From: Dimorphilus gyrociliatus
Taxonomy: Eukaryota; Animalia; Annelida
DNA length: 64,000 nt
Direction: 5' to 3'
Assembly (NCBI GenBank): GCA_904063045.1
Contig: CAJFCJ010000013.1
Coordinates: forward strand, 1,594,156 to 1,658,155
Positions 1 through 11,344 of the stretch are shown here, one piece after another. Each line of letters begins with the position of its first letter. Position 1 is the stretch's first letter. A model generated the notes under the pieces. That model worked only from the letters and a program-made list of their open reading frames with translations, had not been told where the DNA came from and ran no database searches. Both the position numbers and the translations under genes were made by a program.

Positions 1-6
1 TTGCAG

Positions 7-737
7 AGTTGCTATCGAGAAGAATCTTGTTTCAAGCTGCTTCACCAATTCAGCAATTGGATCTCATCATGAACTTACTTGGTACTCCCGGACCGGAAGA
101 TATGCAAACAGCTTGTTCAGCTGCTAAATCACATATCCTTAAGCGTCCTACGAAATTGATGAATCTGACACCGTTATATAATTTAAGCTCGCATACTTCA
201 CATGAAGCCGTTCATCTCCTTAGTAGAATGCTCGTCTTTCGACCTGACAAAAGAATAGACGCCGACGAGGGTTTAAGTCATCCCTATATTGAAGAGGGTC
301 GCTTACGCTATCATTCTTGCATGTGTAAATGCTGCGGTACAGCTCCTAATGGTGCCCGCCAATACGCTTTGGAGTTGGAGCCTGGTTGCATCGAACCTTT
401 TACGACAGATATGGAACGAGGTTTGACTACTGTACAAAATGTAAGGTCAAAGTTAAATCGGTTTATTGCCGAACATCAAAAGTCTTCTACCCGCGTTCCA
501 TTATGCATTAATCCTAATTCCGCTGCGTTCAAAAGTTTTTCCAGGTAAGTGTGCTTTCAAAGAGAGAAAGAAAAGAAATTAAATAAATTTTATCTATTAA
601 ATTCTTTTCTTCTCTTTATCTGTATGACAAGCGTAAGGGAAAACGATATTAAATATTAATTTTGTATATTTTTTTTTAGTTCTCAAACAGCTCATGCAAG
701 CGAGTTGCCGCCTTCTCCACATGTCTGGGAATCTTAA
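7..737 (+). CDS. NLK: Nemo-like kinase, last two coding exons (7-544, 680-737); the gene starts left of the window
   Basis: Translation ELLSRRILFQAASPIQQLDLI...RLRYHSCMCKCC...VPLCINPNSAAFKSF matches the NLK C-lobe and tail. GT at 545 and AG at 678-679 give the terminal exon SSQTAHASELPPSPHVWES* (TAA 735-737), the NLK-type C-terminus. Confidence 0.95.
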
Positions 738-1143
738 CGATTTTCCACACGCATTCTTCATATGGATGTCTCTTATTTTTACATACCCGATCTACTTTCA
801 AAATCAGCAAAACATAAACACTACCCTAAATGTTGTAAACGTAGTTGTTGTTTAGAGTTATTGTCGGGTTTTGTTTCTATTGCACCTTGGTCTGATCTGA
901 AGATTCTATCCATTTTATTTGATATTTACTGCTGCCGTATTTAGAACGGTTAATGAGGTGTTTTGTTTTAAAAGATTTTTTTCTATACCGTGCAATACGT
1001 TCGATATTTTTTGTATGTCGTTCAGTAGTGTTCATGCTTAAATTCACATAATTTTTTTTCTTAAAAAATTAAATCCAAACTATTACAAATAAAAATTTTA
1101 AAGTCAAATGATAATGAAAATTTTATTCGGTGAAAAAAACAAC

Positions 1144-1537
1144 TTAATCGAATAGACCGAATCCCATATCATCATCAGATTCATCATTCTCTTCCTCCTC
1201 TTTTTTAGCTGGGGCTGAAGAGCTTGCTTGTTCTGAAGAGGTGGCGGCTGCTGGTGCTGCTGCTGCTCCTCCGGTTGGTACGGTAGTTAGTTTTTCCAAG
1301 CCTGGATTTAGTAATTGTATACATTTAAAAAATCTATTTGATTGGATTATAGTTTCAAATTATTATACCTTCTTCGACGACTTCAGCAATATTTTTACCG
1401 TCCATGGCTTTAAGGACACTATCGATCTTGTCAGCTTCGATATCTACACCAGCTGAGTCCAAGATAGCCTTTATGCTCTTAGCAGAGGGGGTTTTAGCTG
1501 ACAAAGCAGCGAGCATATAGGCGGCCACGTAACGCAT
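1144..1537 (-). CDS. RPLP2: 60S acidic ribosomal protein P2, two coding exons
   Basis: MRYVAAYMLAALSAKTPSAKSIKAILDSAGV... splices to an Ala-rich hinge and KKEEEENDESDDDMGFGLFD*, the P-protein C-terminal signature. A 3' splice site (tttttttcag) lies immediately before the ATG. Confidence 0.97.
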
Positions 1538-1772
1538 CTGAAAAAAATTAATGTTTAAATCTGGAGAGAAATTTTCTGCTATAATGTGAAAGTTACTCTA
1601 TTAAACGATGACTAGATCATTTATTTGTTATTAGATTTTACTATTGGCCACGTGCTAACAAAAAAGTCAACTTTTATCATAGTTTTAAAATATTTCTCAA
1701 AAAATCGGCCAGTATTTTCCTGTCTATGACTTCAACTATAAGAAGACGCCTAGCCTACATTCGTAAACCTAC

Positions 1773-1845
1773 GTTTAAGTCCAAATTTGACCCGAAACGA
1801 TGTGCACACCTCGGTAAGTTACAACTTTCCAAAGTAAAAGGAAGC
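1773..1845 (-). promoter_or_regulatory. Probable non-coding first exon of RPLP2 starting with a TCT/5'TOP-like pyrimidine tract
   Basis: The minus strand reads CTTCCTTTT at 1844-1836, followed by donor AC|GTAGGT at 1772, which pairs with the acceptor at 1538. TOP starts and an intron just before the ATG are typical of ribosomal protein genes. Confidence 0.65.
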
Positions 1846-1993
1846 GGAAATACGTTTTTTTAGAAACATTCGTAAAAAATAATTTTTTACAAAATTAATA
1901 ATTAATAACAAAATAAAACTTAATAATAAAAAATATTAATTTTACTAAAATAAAAATTATCATCCGGGGAATTCGTATTTCTTACTTTCTCGT

Positions 1994-2003
1994 CCGCCAT
2001 TTT
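1994..2003 (+). promoter_or_regulatory. YY1-type motif CCGCCATTTT in the RPLP2/RNF10 divergent promoter
   Basis: Exact match to the CGCCATNTT consensus in a locally GC-richer patch between two head-to-head genes. Confidence 0.5.
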
Positions 2004-2277
2004 TAGTGGTGTAGAAATTCCGTAAATATCTTCCATAAAGTTGATTTCTGTGCCAACTGCACAGCTGCGGGTGTTATTTAACTCCCGCGATTTCTTGATT
2101 ATAAATTTTTCTGCATTTTTAACGTCTCAAAGTAAACTGTAAATCTCCAAGGAGATAAATTTTTACTTATTTCATAAAGTTTTTAATCATGGCTTGCTAA
2201 TATGTATTCGTCAAGCATCGAAGTGAAGCAGCACAAATTTGTTGCCAATTCGGCTATCTATTTTTATGTTAGACAAC

Positions 2278-4778
2278 ATGGAAAAGAAAAATCAAAGAAT
2301 ACCTATTTCAGGGACTGTGAAATCTATCTCTGAAAAGAGAGCAGGTCAGCTGATAAAATTATCTTTCACAATTTTATTAAATATTGATTTTCCAACTGAT
2401 CTATAGCGTAATTAAAATTAGTTGCTTGTAAAATGCTGTTACAAGTTGGAAGCTTATTTAAATTTTATCACAATATTAAAATAAATACAATATATACAAA
2501 TACCATTTTATCGACTGCAACTTATTGCGTAATTTAGGGAAATCAACGCCACTTGACGATATGCTTTCTCAGGGTATTGCCTTAGGTTTAGAGTTTGCTT
2601 ATTCTCTAGAAAAATTTATATAATTTTGAATGATCATTTTGAGTTGTACAGTGCTTTTTAACAACTTTCAACTGATTTTACAGATGCTCCAAGGCAAAAT
2701 TATGGTGTCAGACGACGTGAACAAACAGCGAAGCCGTTTAAGAACGATTCGAAAAATTTTAACCACAAAAAATGTAGAGATCGAGAACATGGGGTAAATA
2801 TGGATTAAAAACTTGAAAATAGGTTAATTTGAATTTGGAAATTGTTTCTTTAGGGAAAGTTGAATTCCCACGCTCCCAAACAAAATTTGAATCATCTATT
2901 ATCGTTCACCTATGAAGAACGCGGCCGACGAACTAGTTCAGGCGATGATTATCATGTAAGGAGGCAAAATTATCGGCGACCCCCTCCTCCTGTTTTAAAC
3001 AAAGAAAGATACTTATTGTGCAACTGTCAGTTTGTGTTAGAACAACCCCCTGAAGAAAACACTTATTTAAGACATGTTAACGATCCAAACGAATTAGTCA
3101 ATTGGAAGAAAGTTATTCAAGTTCGAGTGTTTAACAATGAAAGGGAACCAACAATTTGCTGTATTTGTTTAGAGGAAATGCGCGCAGCCAGAATTACAAA
3201 ATGTGGACATGGATTTTGTTTACCCTGCATTCTAAAGTATCGAGAATTATCATTAACAGGCCATAAATGTCCCGTTTGTATGTCCGATTTCGAAATTGAA
3301 GAGGACATGAGGTAACTAATCGAGTTGCTCCGTTTTACAATATTTATAATTATCTCAAGTAAATAATTACAGACCCCTCTTATTCAAGAAAGTATCCCCA
3401 ATAACTATTGGTGATACCGTAAAGTTTCAACTAATGAGACGATCGAAATCGAACATTCTAGCTGTGCCTCGTGATAAATTTGAATTCGGTCGAAAAAATT
3501 TGTATAACTTTACAGACGCTTGGATGAATTCATGTGCTAAAATTCTAATCGCATCACCAAACGATATCAATTCAAGTTAGTAAGATAATTTATTTACGAT
3601 TTTTATAATGTAAACATTATTTTTTACATTTGATTTGTAGTTATCAATAATGAGTTGGAAGAATTGTTAAGTATAAAAGATGACGATCCCAAAGACATTG
3701 AAGGAGATCATCAATTTGTCAACAAAGCCATAGAGCTGAGTCAGAAGCGTTTTGAAAAACAGGTTATTTCAGCTTGTGTTTTCATTCATTATTTTATTCG
3801 TATTAATTCATTTTGATACAAATAGATGGAGGGCTGTGATGAAATCTTAGAAGAAACTTCAAATGATAGTGAAGGTGCTGTTGGAAATGATGAAGCATCT
3901 TTTTATTTTTATCAACGTAAGTTGAATAAAAAGTATTTGTGAAAATTTATTATATCAAAATTATATTGTTTATAACTTTTTTCAGTGCAAACTGGTGAAC
4001 TAACTTATCTGCATTGGCTAAACACGCGTATGCTTATTGCTGAATATGGATCCTTGGAAGCTTGTCCTGATATAATTGAAGGGCAGGTGTGCTAAATTTA
4101 ATACATATATTATCGGCTTTTTTTGCAAAATATTACTTTCCTCAGATAATTGAAATTGAAAGATTTACTATTACCGAAGAAAATGTAAGAGGTAGACTTC
4201 GCTTCTACTCGCACCTTCCTATAGGATCCGAATTAATGATGATTGAAATCAATATAAACTCAGTTTTGTCTCCTGAAAATCTTTCAAAATTCGAAAGCGA
4301 TTTACAAACGAGAATGAAGAACAGGAAGAAGAAAAAAGTCTTAGAAGATAAGTTATCTCGGCGTATTGAAAAGGCTGAGAGAGAAAAATATAAAGACTAC
4401 AGAAGAGGCGAAATAGTCAGATCAGACTTTCAAAAAATAAGAATTGAAACTGAGTCAATTGACGTTTTTGAACCAGCGGTAGGAACACCTCCTGGGCCAG
4501 AGAGTCCCAGTGATTGTGTATCTTTCGCACAAATGTTGAAATCTGGAAAAGCTAAAATTCCCCCACCTATCTTACCAAAATCGACTGTTGTGGAAACTAC
4601 GCTAGCACCTGACAGTGATGAAGATTTCGTTCCTCGATTCGAGGACACTTACAAGGATGGTGTATCTCGAGCCATAGATGAAAATATGAGGAAATTGACC
4701 AAGCAAGACGTAGAGCAAAAAGGAAAAAGTAAAAAGAAGGGAAAAAAGCTACTATTTTCTAATTCTATGAACATATAG
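2278..4778 (+). CDS. RNF10: RING finger protein 10 (E3 ubiquitin ligase), multi-exon
   Basis: Exons 2278-2344, 2684-2793 and 2854-3311 splice in frame. The protein contains NLNHLLSFTY (RNF10 hallmark), a C3HC4 RING (CCICLEE...CGHGFCLPC...CPVC), HLPIGSE, SFAQML and a KKKGKKLLFS tail. Confidence 0.93.
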
Positions 4779-5232
4779 TGTCTCATATTTGGTTTGCTCC
4801 CCGTTGATTTGCAGTGACTTTTCCGAAGTATTTAAAATTATCCCATTATTAAATTGTTTATTTCAGTGTTTATATATCGAATTTATAATTCTTCCTGGAT
4901 TTGGTTTATTTGCATGATATGTTTAAATTTAAAGTAAAGCTCGAAAGATGCTTTCGCTTTGTAACGTTAGTACTGCACTCAAAAATTACAAGTTTCTGCT
5001 AACGAGTAATAAAGAAAAAATGAATTCGTAGCTGTATTATTTTTTTTGTATACTATTCCAATAAAATATTTTCTTGAACTTGAAATCATTTAAAAACGGC
5101 TTTAAGAATCTTAATAAATCCGAATTCGTACCATATTTATACCAGTTTCTTTTTTACGTCTCTCCCTACTCAAAGATTATAACCTCGTGTATTTAAGACA
5201 CTATTATTTCTAGTTCATCTATATAAACCATA

Positions 5233-5895
5233 ATGTCTTCTGATAGATTAACACAGCTTCAGGATTTGGTTATATCGGTTAGAATTGGATTATTTACCAA
5301 ATATAAAAATAAATTCTAAAATTGAGCGATATTATAATGTTTTTATAGATGGCTGAACAAATCTGCAACAGCACTGGAATCCTTCAAAAATTTGCACAAC
5401 CTCTTCCATTCGATGGTTCCAAATCCACAGCTTCTAAAAATTCCAATGGCGTTTATGATGAAAGTAAAATAAAAATCTTTTTGTTTATTTAAAGTAGGAA
5501 ATATTTTCTTACCAAATTCAACTTTTTCCAGACCTTCCAAAGCTTTATGCACAACTTCTAAGTCAAACTGCTAAAGATATTGATTATTTAGTTCAGTCAT
5601 TACCAACCGACGAACACGGAATAGAATATCAGGTTTGCAATACAATTTACTTTAATAGATAGTATAGAAAAAAGATAAATTGCAATGGTTAAGTAACAAT
5701 ACTTTTACATCACAGCAAAGTCAGCAATACAGAATGTTACAGCAGCTAGAAAAAGATAGTGATGAGGCAACAAAAAGATTGGAAAGTGTAGTGCATCACT
5801 GTGAAAAAGCACTGGAAAACGTTCGCTACGCTTTACATCAAATCTCTGAAGCCCAACTAAAAGCTCAAGCTATAGACGCGGAAATCGATGATTAG
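5233..5895 (+). CDS. MED21: Mediator subunit 21, four exons
   Basis: MSSDRLTQLQDLVIS|MAEQICNSTGILQK...|LYAQLLSQTAKDIDYLVQSLP...|...ISEAQLKAQ matches the MED21 motifs DRLTQLQ and TAKDIDVLIDSLP. Canonical GT-AG junctions. Confidence 0.93.
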
Positions 5896-6579
5896 ATATA
5901 TTTCTGCTGACTTTGTTCATTTGTTTTTCTTGTTTTTTTTTTTTAAATCACTTTTTAGTCTTGAATATCAGCTGTTGTAAAAAGAAATCCTTTTTTTTAT
6001 GAATAAAAGTTTTTAAAAATAATATTTCGGTGTTAAACAATTATATTAATCTCATTAAGAAGTAATAGGATTAGGAATTAAGCAACTCCGAACTAATCTC
6101 AATTTTTTTTTACTTTAGCCCAATAATTTAGCCCAAAAGATCTATTTGTAAAGAAATTTTAATAATAGGATTTTGATCGTTTGAGGTTGCACAAGTTGAA
6201 CCGTAAAAGTTCGCTAGAATAAATAGGAAGCAAATATAATAATGAAAAAAACGAATTAGTAGCTGAAATCAACTTGGAATAAGAAAGATTGCTAGAATAG
6301 GGTATAATAAAATTATTGATTTTTCTCTAAATCATTCCCCAGTGACAAGATAAAATCTAAAGAATATACCGCTATGAAATGTTTTCAAAATTTTATAGAC
6401 TTATTATTTATATACTCAACAAAATGTTCATTGAAATGTATTATTAAAAGCAAATAATACAGTTAAGGTATTACAAATGCACTCAAGGTCCTTAAAGCTT
6501 CATAAGCAAAAAGTACATTAAGCAAACATGTAAAATTTGTCATAGGTTGTTTAGTATCATAGAAACTTAAGGTTGCGAT

Positions 6580-7313
6580 TCAATTGGTTTAACTGCCTGG
6601 TTTAGAGTCGCAACTAGTCCATGATTTTCCATTGTGCTGTAGTACTGATAAGCAAACAAAAAAGAAATTGACTAAAGCAAGCATTCTTTCTTAAAGTATA
6701 TTCTCACCTCGATTAAATCAGATTCTGAACGAAAATAAATTACTTCATCTATTGTAAGACTTCCATTTTCTCTAATGATTCTATAATTCTCTACTCTAAA
6801 GTTATAATCCGATACTGCTATGCATAAGGTATAATCGTTGGGAAAATGATGACTATCTCGAATCAGATAAGCCCCAGTTGAGAATTTCTTAAGTATTTGA
6901 ATAGCTTTATCTCTTGATGTTTGGGGATGATAACAGCTATAAAAATTCATCATTTAAAATTAATAAAAAAGTAAATTGATACAAACTCTTCGAAAGCGTA
7001 TTTTTTTGCGGATTTTGATTTGTAAAAGTTTTTAATCGTTTCACTTTTTATGTAGTTGGCTGGCACCATTCCAGTGTTCCCCTTCAAATTTCTTGCTTTA
7101 TACCAGTTCTTATCGTGGGTTAATGAGATAATTGTTAATTTTTCACCCATTTTAAATGTTAAGTCTTCATCTTCAATCTTTTTAAAGTTAAATAGACCAA
7201 TAACAGTTTCACCAACTTGAAAATGGTATTCACTCTGTCCAAAAAATTTATCTAATTAGAAGACTATTTCTATTTGATAGAGATGCAGATATTCTTACAA
7301 AGTATTCCGACAT
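6580..7313 (-). CDS. CSK-like SH3-SH2 protein with no kinase domain, four exons
   Basis: SH3: VIGLFNF...EDLTFKMGEKLTIISLTHDKNWYKARNLKGNTGMVPANY. SH2: YLIRDSHHFPNDYTLCI...VENYRII...LTIDEVIYF. Both follow CSK (DPNWYKAKN, TNYPGDYTLCV, LSIDEEVYF). The last exon YYSTMENHGLVATLNQAVKTN ends in TGA at 6580-6582. Confidence 0.8.
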
Positions 7314-10300
7314 AATATTTAAAAACTTATTTTTTAGGAAACTAAAATCAATTATATTAAAAAGTGTGAATATTTCAAGGCCTTAATTGGGCCTACTGGT
7401 CAATAATATACAACACAATCTCAACAGCAGTCGACAACAAAATATTAACTATGCTTATAGACACTCGTTAAGATCGATAACTGAAATTTACTCGAGTGTG
7501 ACTTTGATGACACAAATAATAATATAATGTCTATGAAATCTGAATAAACTTTCAAGCGGATACTAGATAATATTTCTTCAGTTAAAAATATCATAAACTT
7601 TCTAAACCAATTCAAACACATAGCTTAGCATTGTAAACCTTACGTAGAGTATATTAATTATAATCTAATAAATACTATAAAAATAGATTAAAGTTATTGT
7701 TAAATATAAGTTTACTTAGGCTGTAAGATAACAAAATTGTTCATATTTTAGTGTTTGCTTTTCGCAAATTCAATGAATATTCCAAAGAAACGAAAATAGA
7801 TTGCTCAAGTCTACATTTGCTGGTATAGCGAATGCGAATCAAATAAAAAACACTTGAAAATATTTAACACAGTATGAACTTCTCATTGACAAGCTGCACT
7901 AGTACTTTTTTATTATTATATATAAATTTTCATTATAATGGATATAATTTGCACTTGAAATTGTATAATTTGTCAACTAATTAAAATGCAATATCATAAT
8001 GTATAGCGAGTTATACGCTTTTAAAAGCAACTTTATATCTTTTTGTGGATGATAAATAAATGAAAATATGAAGATTTATATCGTTCATTAATACAATAAC
8101 TTAATATTAGAAAGTTAATAAATAATTAAATAGCTGTAAAAGTATTGTAAACTGTAATTTTCTGTAAAATAAGTATGAAAGTAATAAAAGAATAGGAATA
8201 AGGAACATTTAGCGTAACAGCTGGTATATTTATTATCTGTTTAAATCGTATACGTCTTCTGTTTTCCATGTATAAGTACTATGCTATTAAAGTATAAAAA
8301 GGATTTATAGAAATGATAGTATTTAGAGACAGATAAGGCTGACATTTGAATCATGTTGTTTAACCATAAAAGTTTAACAACATTTTACGCAGAATGTTCC
8401 AAATGTTCCGTTATAGAACTTTTTTAATAGTTTCGAATTAACTTTGCAAATTCAATTAGGAAAGTTAAGTACATTTTTTAAGAGCAGTTTATAAAATAAT
8501 TGAAAAAGTTTAGGTGTTTTTTTTAGTATTTTTTTTTCATTCTCTAGAAAAATCTTAACAGCATGCACGTGCATCTCGTGTTTTTTACGAAATAAACATT
8601 TTTACTTCATTTTTTCCAAAAAATAAATTCATATAATATTTCTTTGAGTTATTATAGATTTTATGGTAATTTTATTTTTTATATTTTATTGAAAATATAC
8701 CTTATTTTTAGATTTTTTGCTTTTTTCTCCCATTTTGGTAAGGCGGTAGACGTAAAACAGCCAAGAGAAATTACCACTTTCCAGTAACCTTGACCTTCAG
8801 AACCGTTCATTGGTTTTCGAATCTGAAGACGGCAACAACACGTATTGTTTTATCGCTTTTCATATGACTTTTTCTAACGTGAAAAGTTTATTACGAGTTT
8901 GACTTCTACCCTTATAAAAGTATATTAATTCCATTATAAGAGTTGAATAAGGGTTTTAATTAAGCTTATAAATGGTTTACAGCATGCGCAAGGAATTTGT
9001 TGGAAATTAATACTATCATCCTACGTATTTTCAATTCTATTGTTTAAAGTAAGACACGATACAATTATAGACGAACTTTGCAATGGAGAAAAAATATTCC
9101 TGTTGTCTGCGAGCAGCATAGAATTTCTTTTTTAAAATATACAATACATTATTAATTTAAGGACAAATAGTGCACTTGTTATGTAATACATCTCTTTGTC
9201 CTACTTTCTCTCCTCTTTTACCTTTCATCTGTATAAATAGCTGAGTAAAAAAATACCGTTCCCTGTCTTAATATAAAGATAGACAAAATCAGATTTTACT
9301 CTTTAAAATTTAATAGAAAACTTATATAGAGAAAAGTTGTTTTATCTTATCTATAATTCCTTCAATTCAGAAACTTTTAACAACGCATTAAACAAATAAA
9401 TAAGATAAGTATCTGTTAATCTATAGAGAGAAAACAATTCTTTTGTTTTTTAACAATACAAACGATATAAACATTCAATAGTCACGTGTTTATTCTATGG
9501 ATGGATTAGTAATTAAGCTAAAAAAATTGGTAAACAGGTTAAAGTTACACATAAAATTAGCAAAACCTTCGTTTTTTAGGAATAATATAACTTGTTAGAC
9601 ATTTAAATTGTTGTAAAGTTCTATATAACCTTGAATCCAGGTGTGAAGGACATAAGGAAAGTTTTTCAAATCAAAATAGATGGAGATCGAAAAAATTTTC
9701 TCAGCATTAAAATTCAACAGATGCATTTGTTTCTAAAAAAACAGATACATACAATGAAACATTATTAAATCTCTTCTGATTGTAAGCCATTGTGCGAAAA
9801 AGAAAGTAGAAACAAAATAAGTTAATTCGTAATTTTACATTTGTTCATGAATTGTTCATATTCTTAATATACAATATATTCACAATTGGAATATTTAGAA
9901 AAAAAATGCAGAGTACCCTTTTTATCATCCTACCATTAGTTTTACCCATCCATGCACAACTATAAATAGTTAATAATAGAAATAAAATTCTCTTCCCTGT
10001 ACCTCAATTTATTCCACTTAATTTGCATAACCCTACTGATTAAAGGTACTTTTTAATATCATTAATCGTTACTCTAGTCCAACAAAAATATTAAGTTAGT
10101 GTTAATAGTTTTTACAATCTAAAAAAAGAATTTTTCGTATGAAGAAAGTAGGTTTAACTTATACGTCGGAATTTAAATTAAAAGTAAAACATTGAACTCT
10201 GCGTGTCGCTGTATCTGGCTATTTCTACCCGCATGGAGAATCCAGAATGTTTATATAAAGTACCATCTATCATTTCAGAAAATATGTTCCTCGTTTCACT

Positions 10301-11344
10301 TTTAGGCCTGTTTGACTTTGTCAGCCAAAGTCTTTTTTAAATTCAAATCGCTTCGACAATTTCAATCGTCTAGATGAGGTATACTTTTTTTTGTTTGTTT
10401 GCCAATTATCATATGAATACAATTAATCTTACTAATCCTATAGTCATTTTTAAGGGAATTCTTTTTCATGAGAAAGTATAGATATTCTAAATATTTAACA
10501 ACGTAAAAGGATCTTTGTACCATAATTGTTTTTCTTTTTACAAGCTTGGAAACTTTTTTTAGTTATATGGAGAGATTTTTAGAATAGTACTTAATATTCA
10601 AAAGCAAAAAATACATTATTTTAAATAGGTCTCTGATTTTTTTCTGTTAGAATATTGTTAGTTTATATTGTAATACGAATCGAAAAAAACGAAAATAGCA
10701 TAAGTGAATAGATGAGGGTGTCAGAGAAGTATGATTTTCAATTATTAGACACTTGTTCTTATTGCGTGTAACAAATATTCCTTTCATTCTTATATTGATT
10801 AATAAAAAGTTGATGAATAAATTTTAATTTTTGAATAAAACAAATAGCAGGCTACTATTCTGTTAATTTACACCTATACATCAGTAATTCTATTGGGAAT
10901 TTAATATCATCTAATTTATCCTACTAAACTGTATGATAATTTTCATTTTTGAACAAGACTTCGAAGCTAATAGTTCTCGAAATGTAAGTTCTTTTATTGT
11001 TGTCAAACTTTGATGTGTTTTTTTCTTTAATGATAAGAAAAGTTTTAATTTTCGTAGATTTTCTCTTTAGTTGAAATTTATTTATTTTCATTGTATATTA
11101 CACTTGTGTGTGTTTTTTTTAAGTGAATTTTTTATCGAAGTTTTTTATTTTTTAATGTTTTTAACAAAAATTAATATTTCGTGCATGAGTGATAATAGGA
11201 CTCCACGGGGTTAATGGTAATTAGAATTTGATACCAGTTTACTAGTATTTTGGTAATGGAACATTCTTACGAAATTCAGTACATTTTCCAAAGATATACA
11301 CCTAAAATATTTATAATTATAATTATATTTTAGATCAAGAAGGT

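Noticed and set aside
1981-2000. Minus-strand ATG GCG GAC GAG AAA A|GTAAG resembling a first coding exon
   Set aside because: Splicing to the RPLP2 acceptor is out of frame and stops quickly; it is better explained as the YY1 motif (AAAATGGCGG) plus a chance donor.
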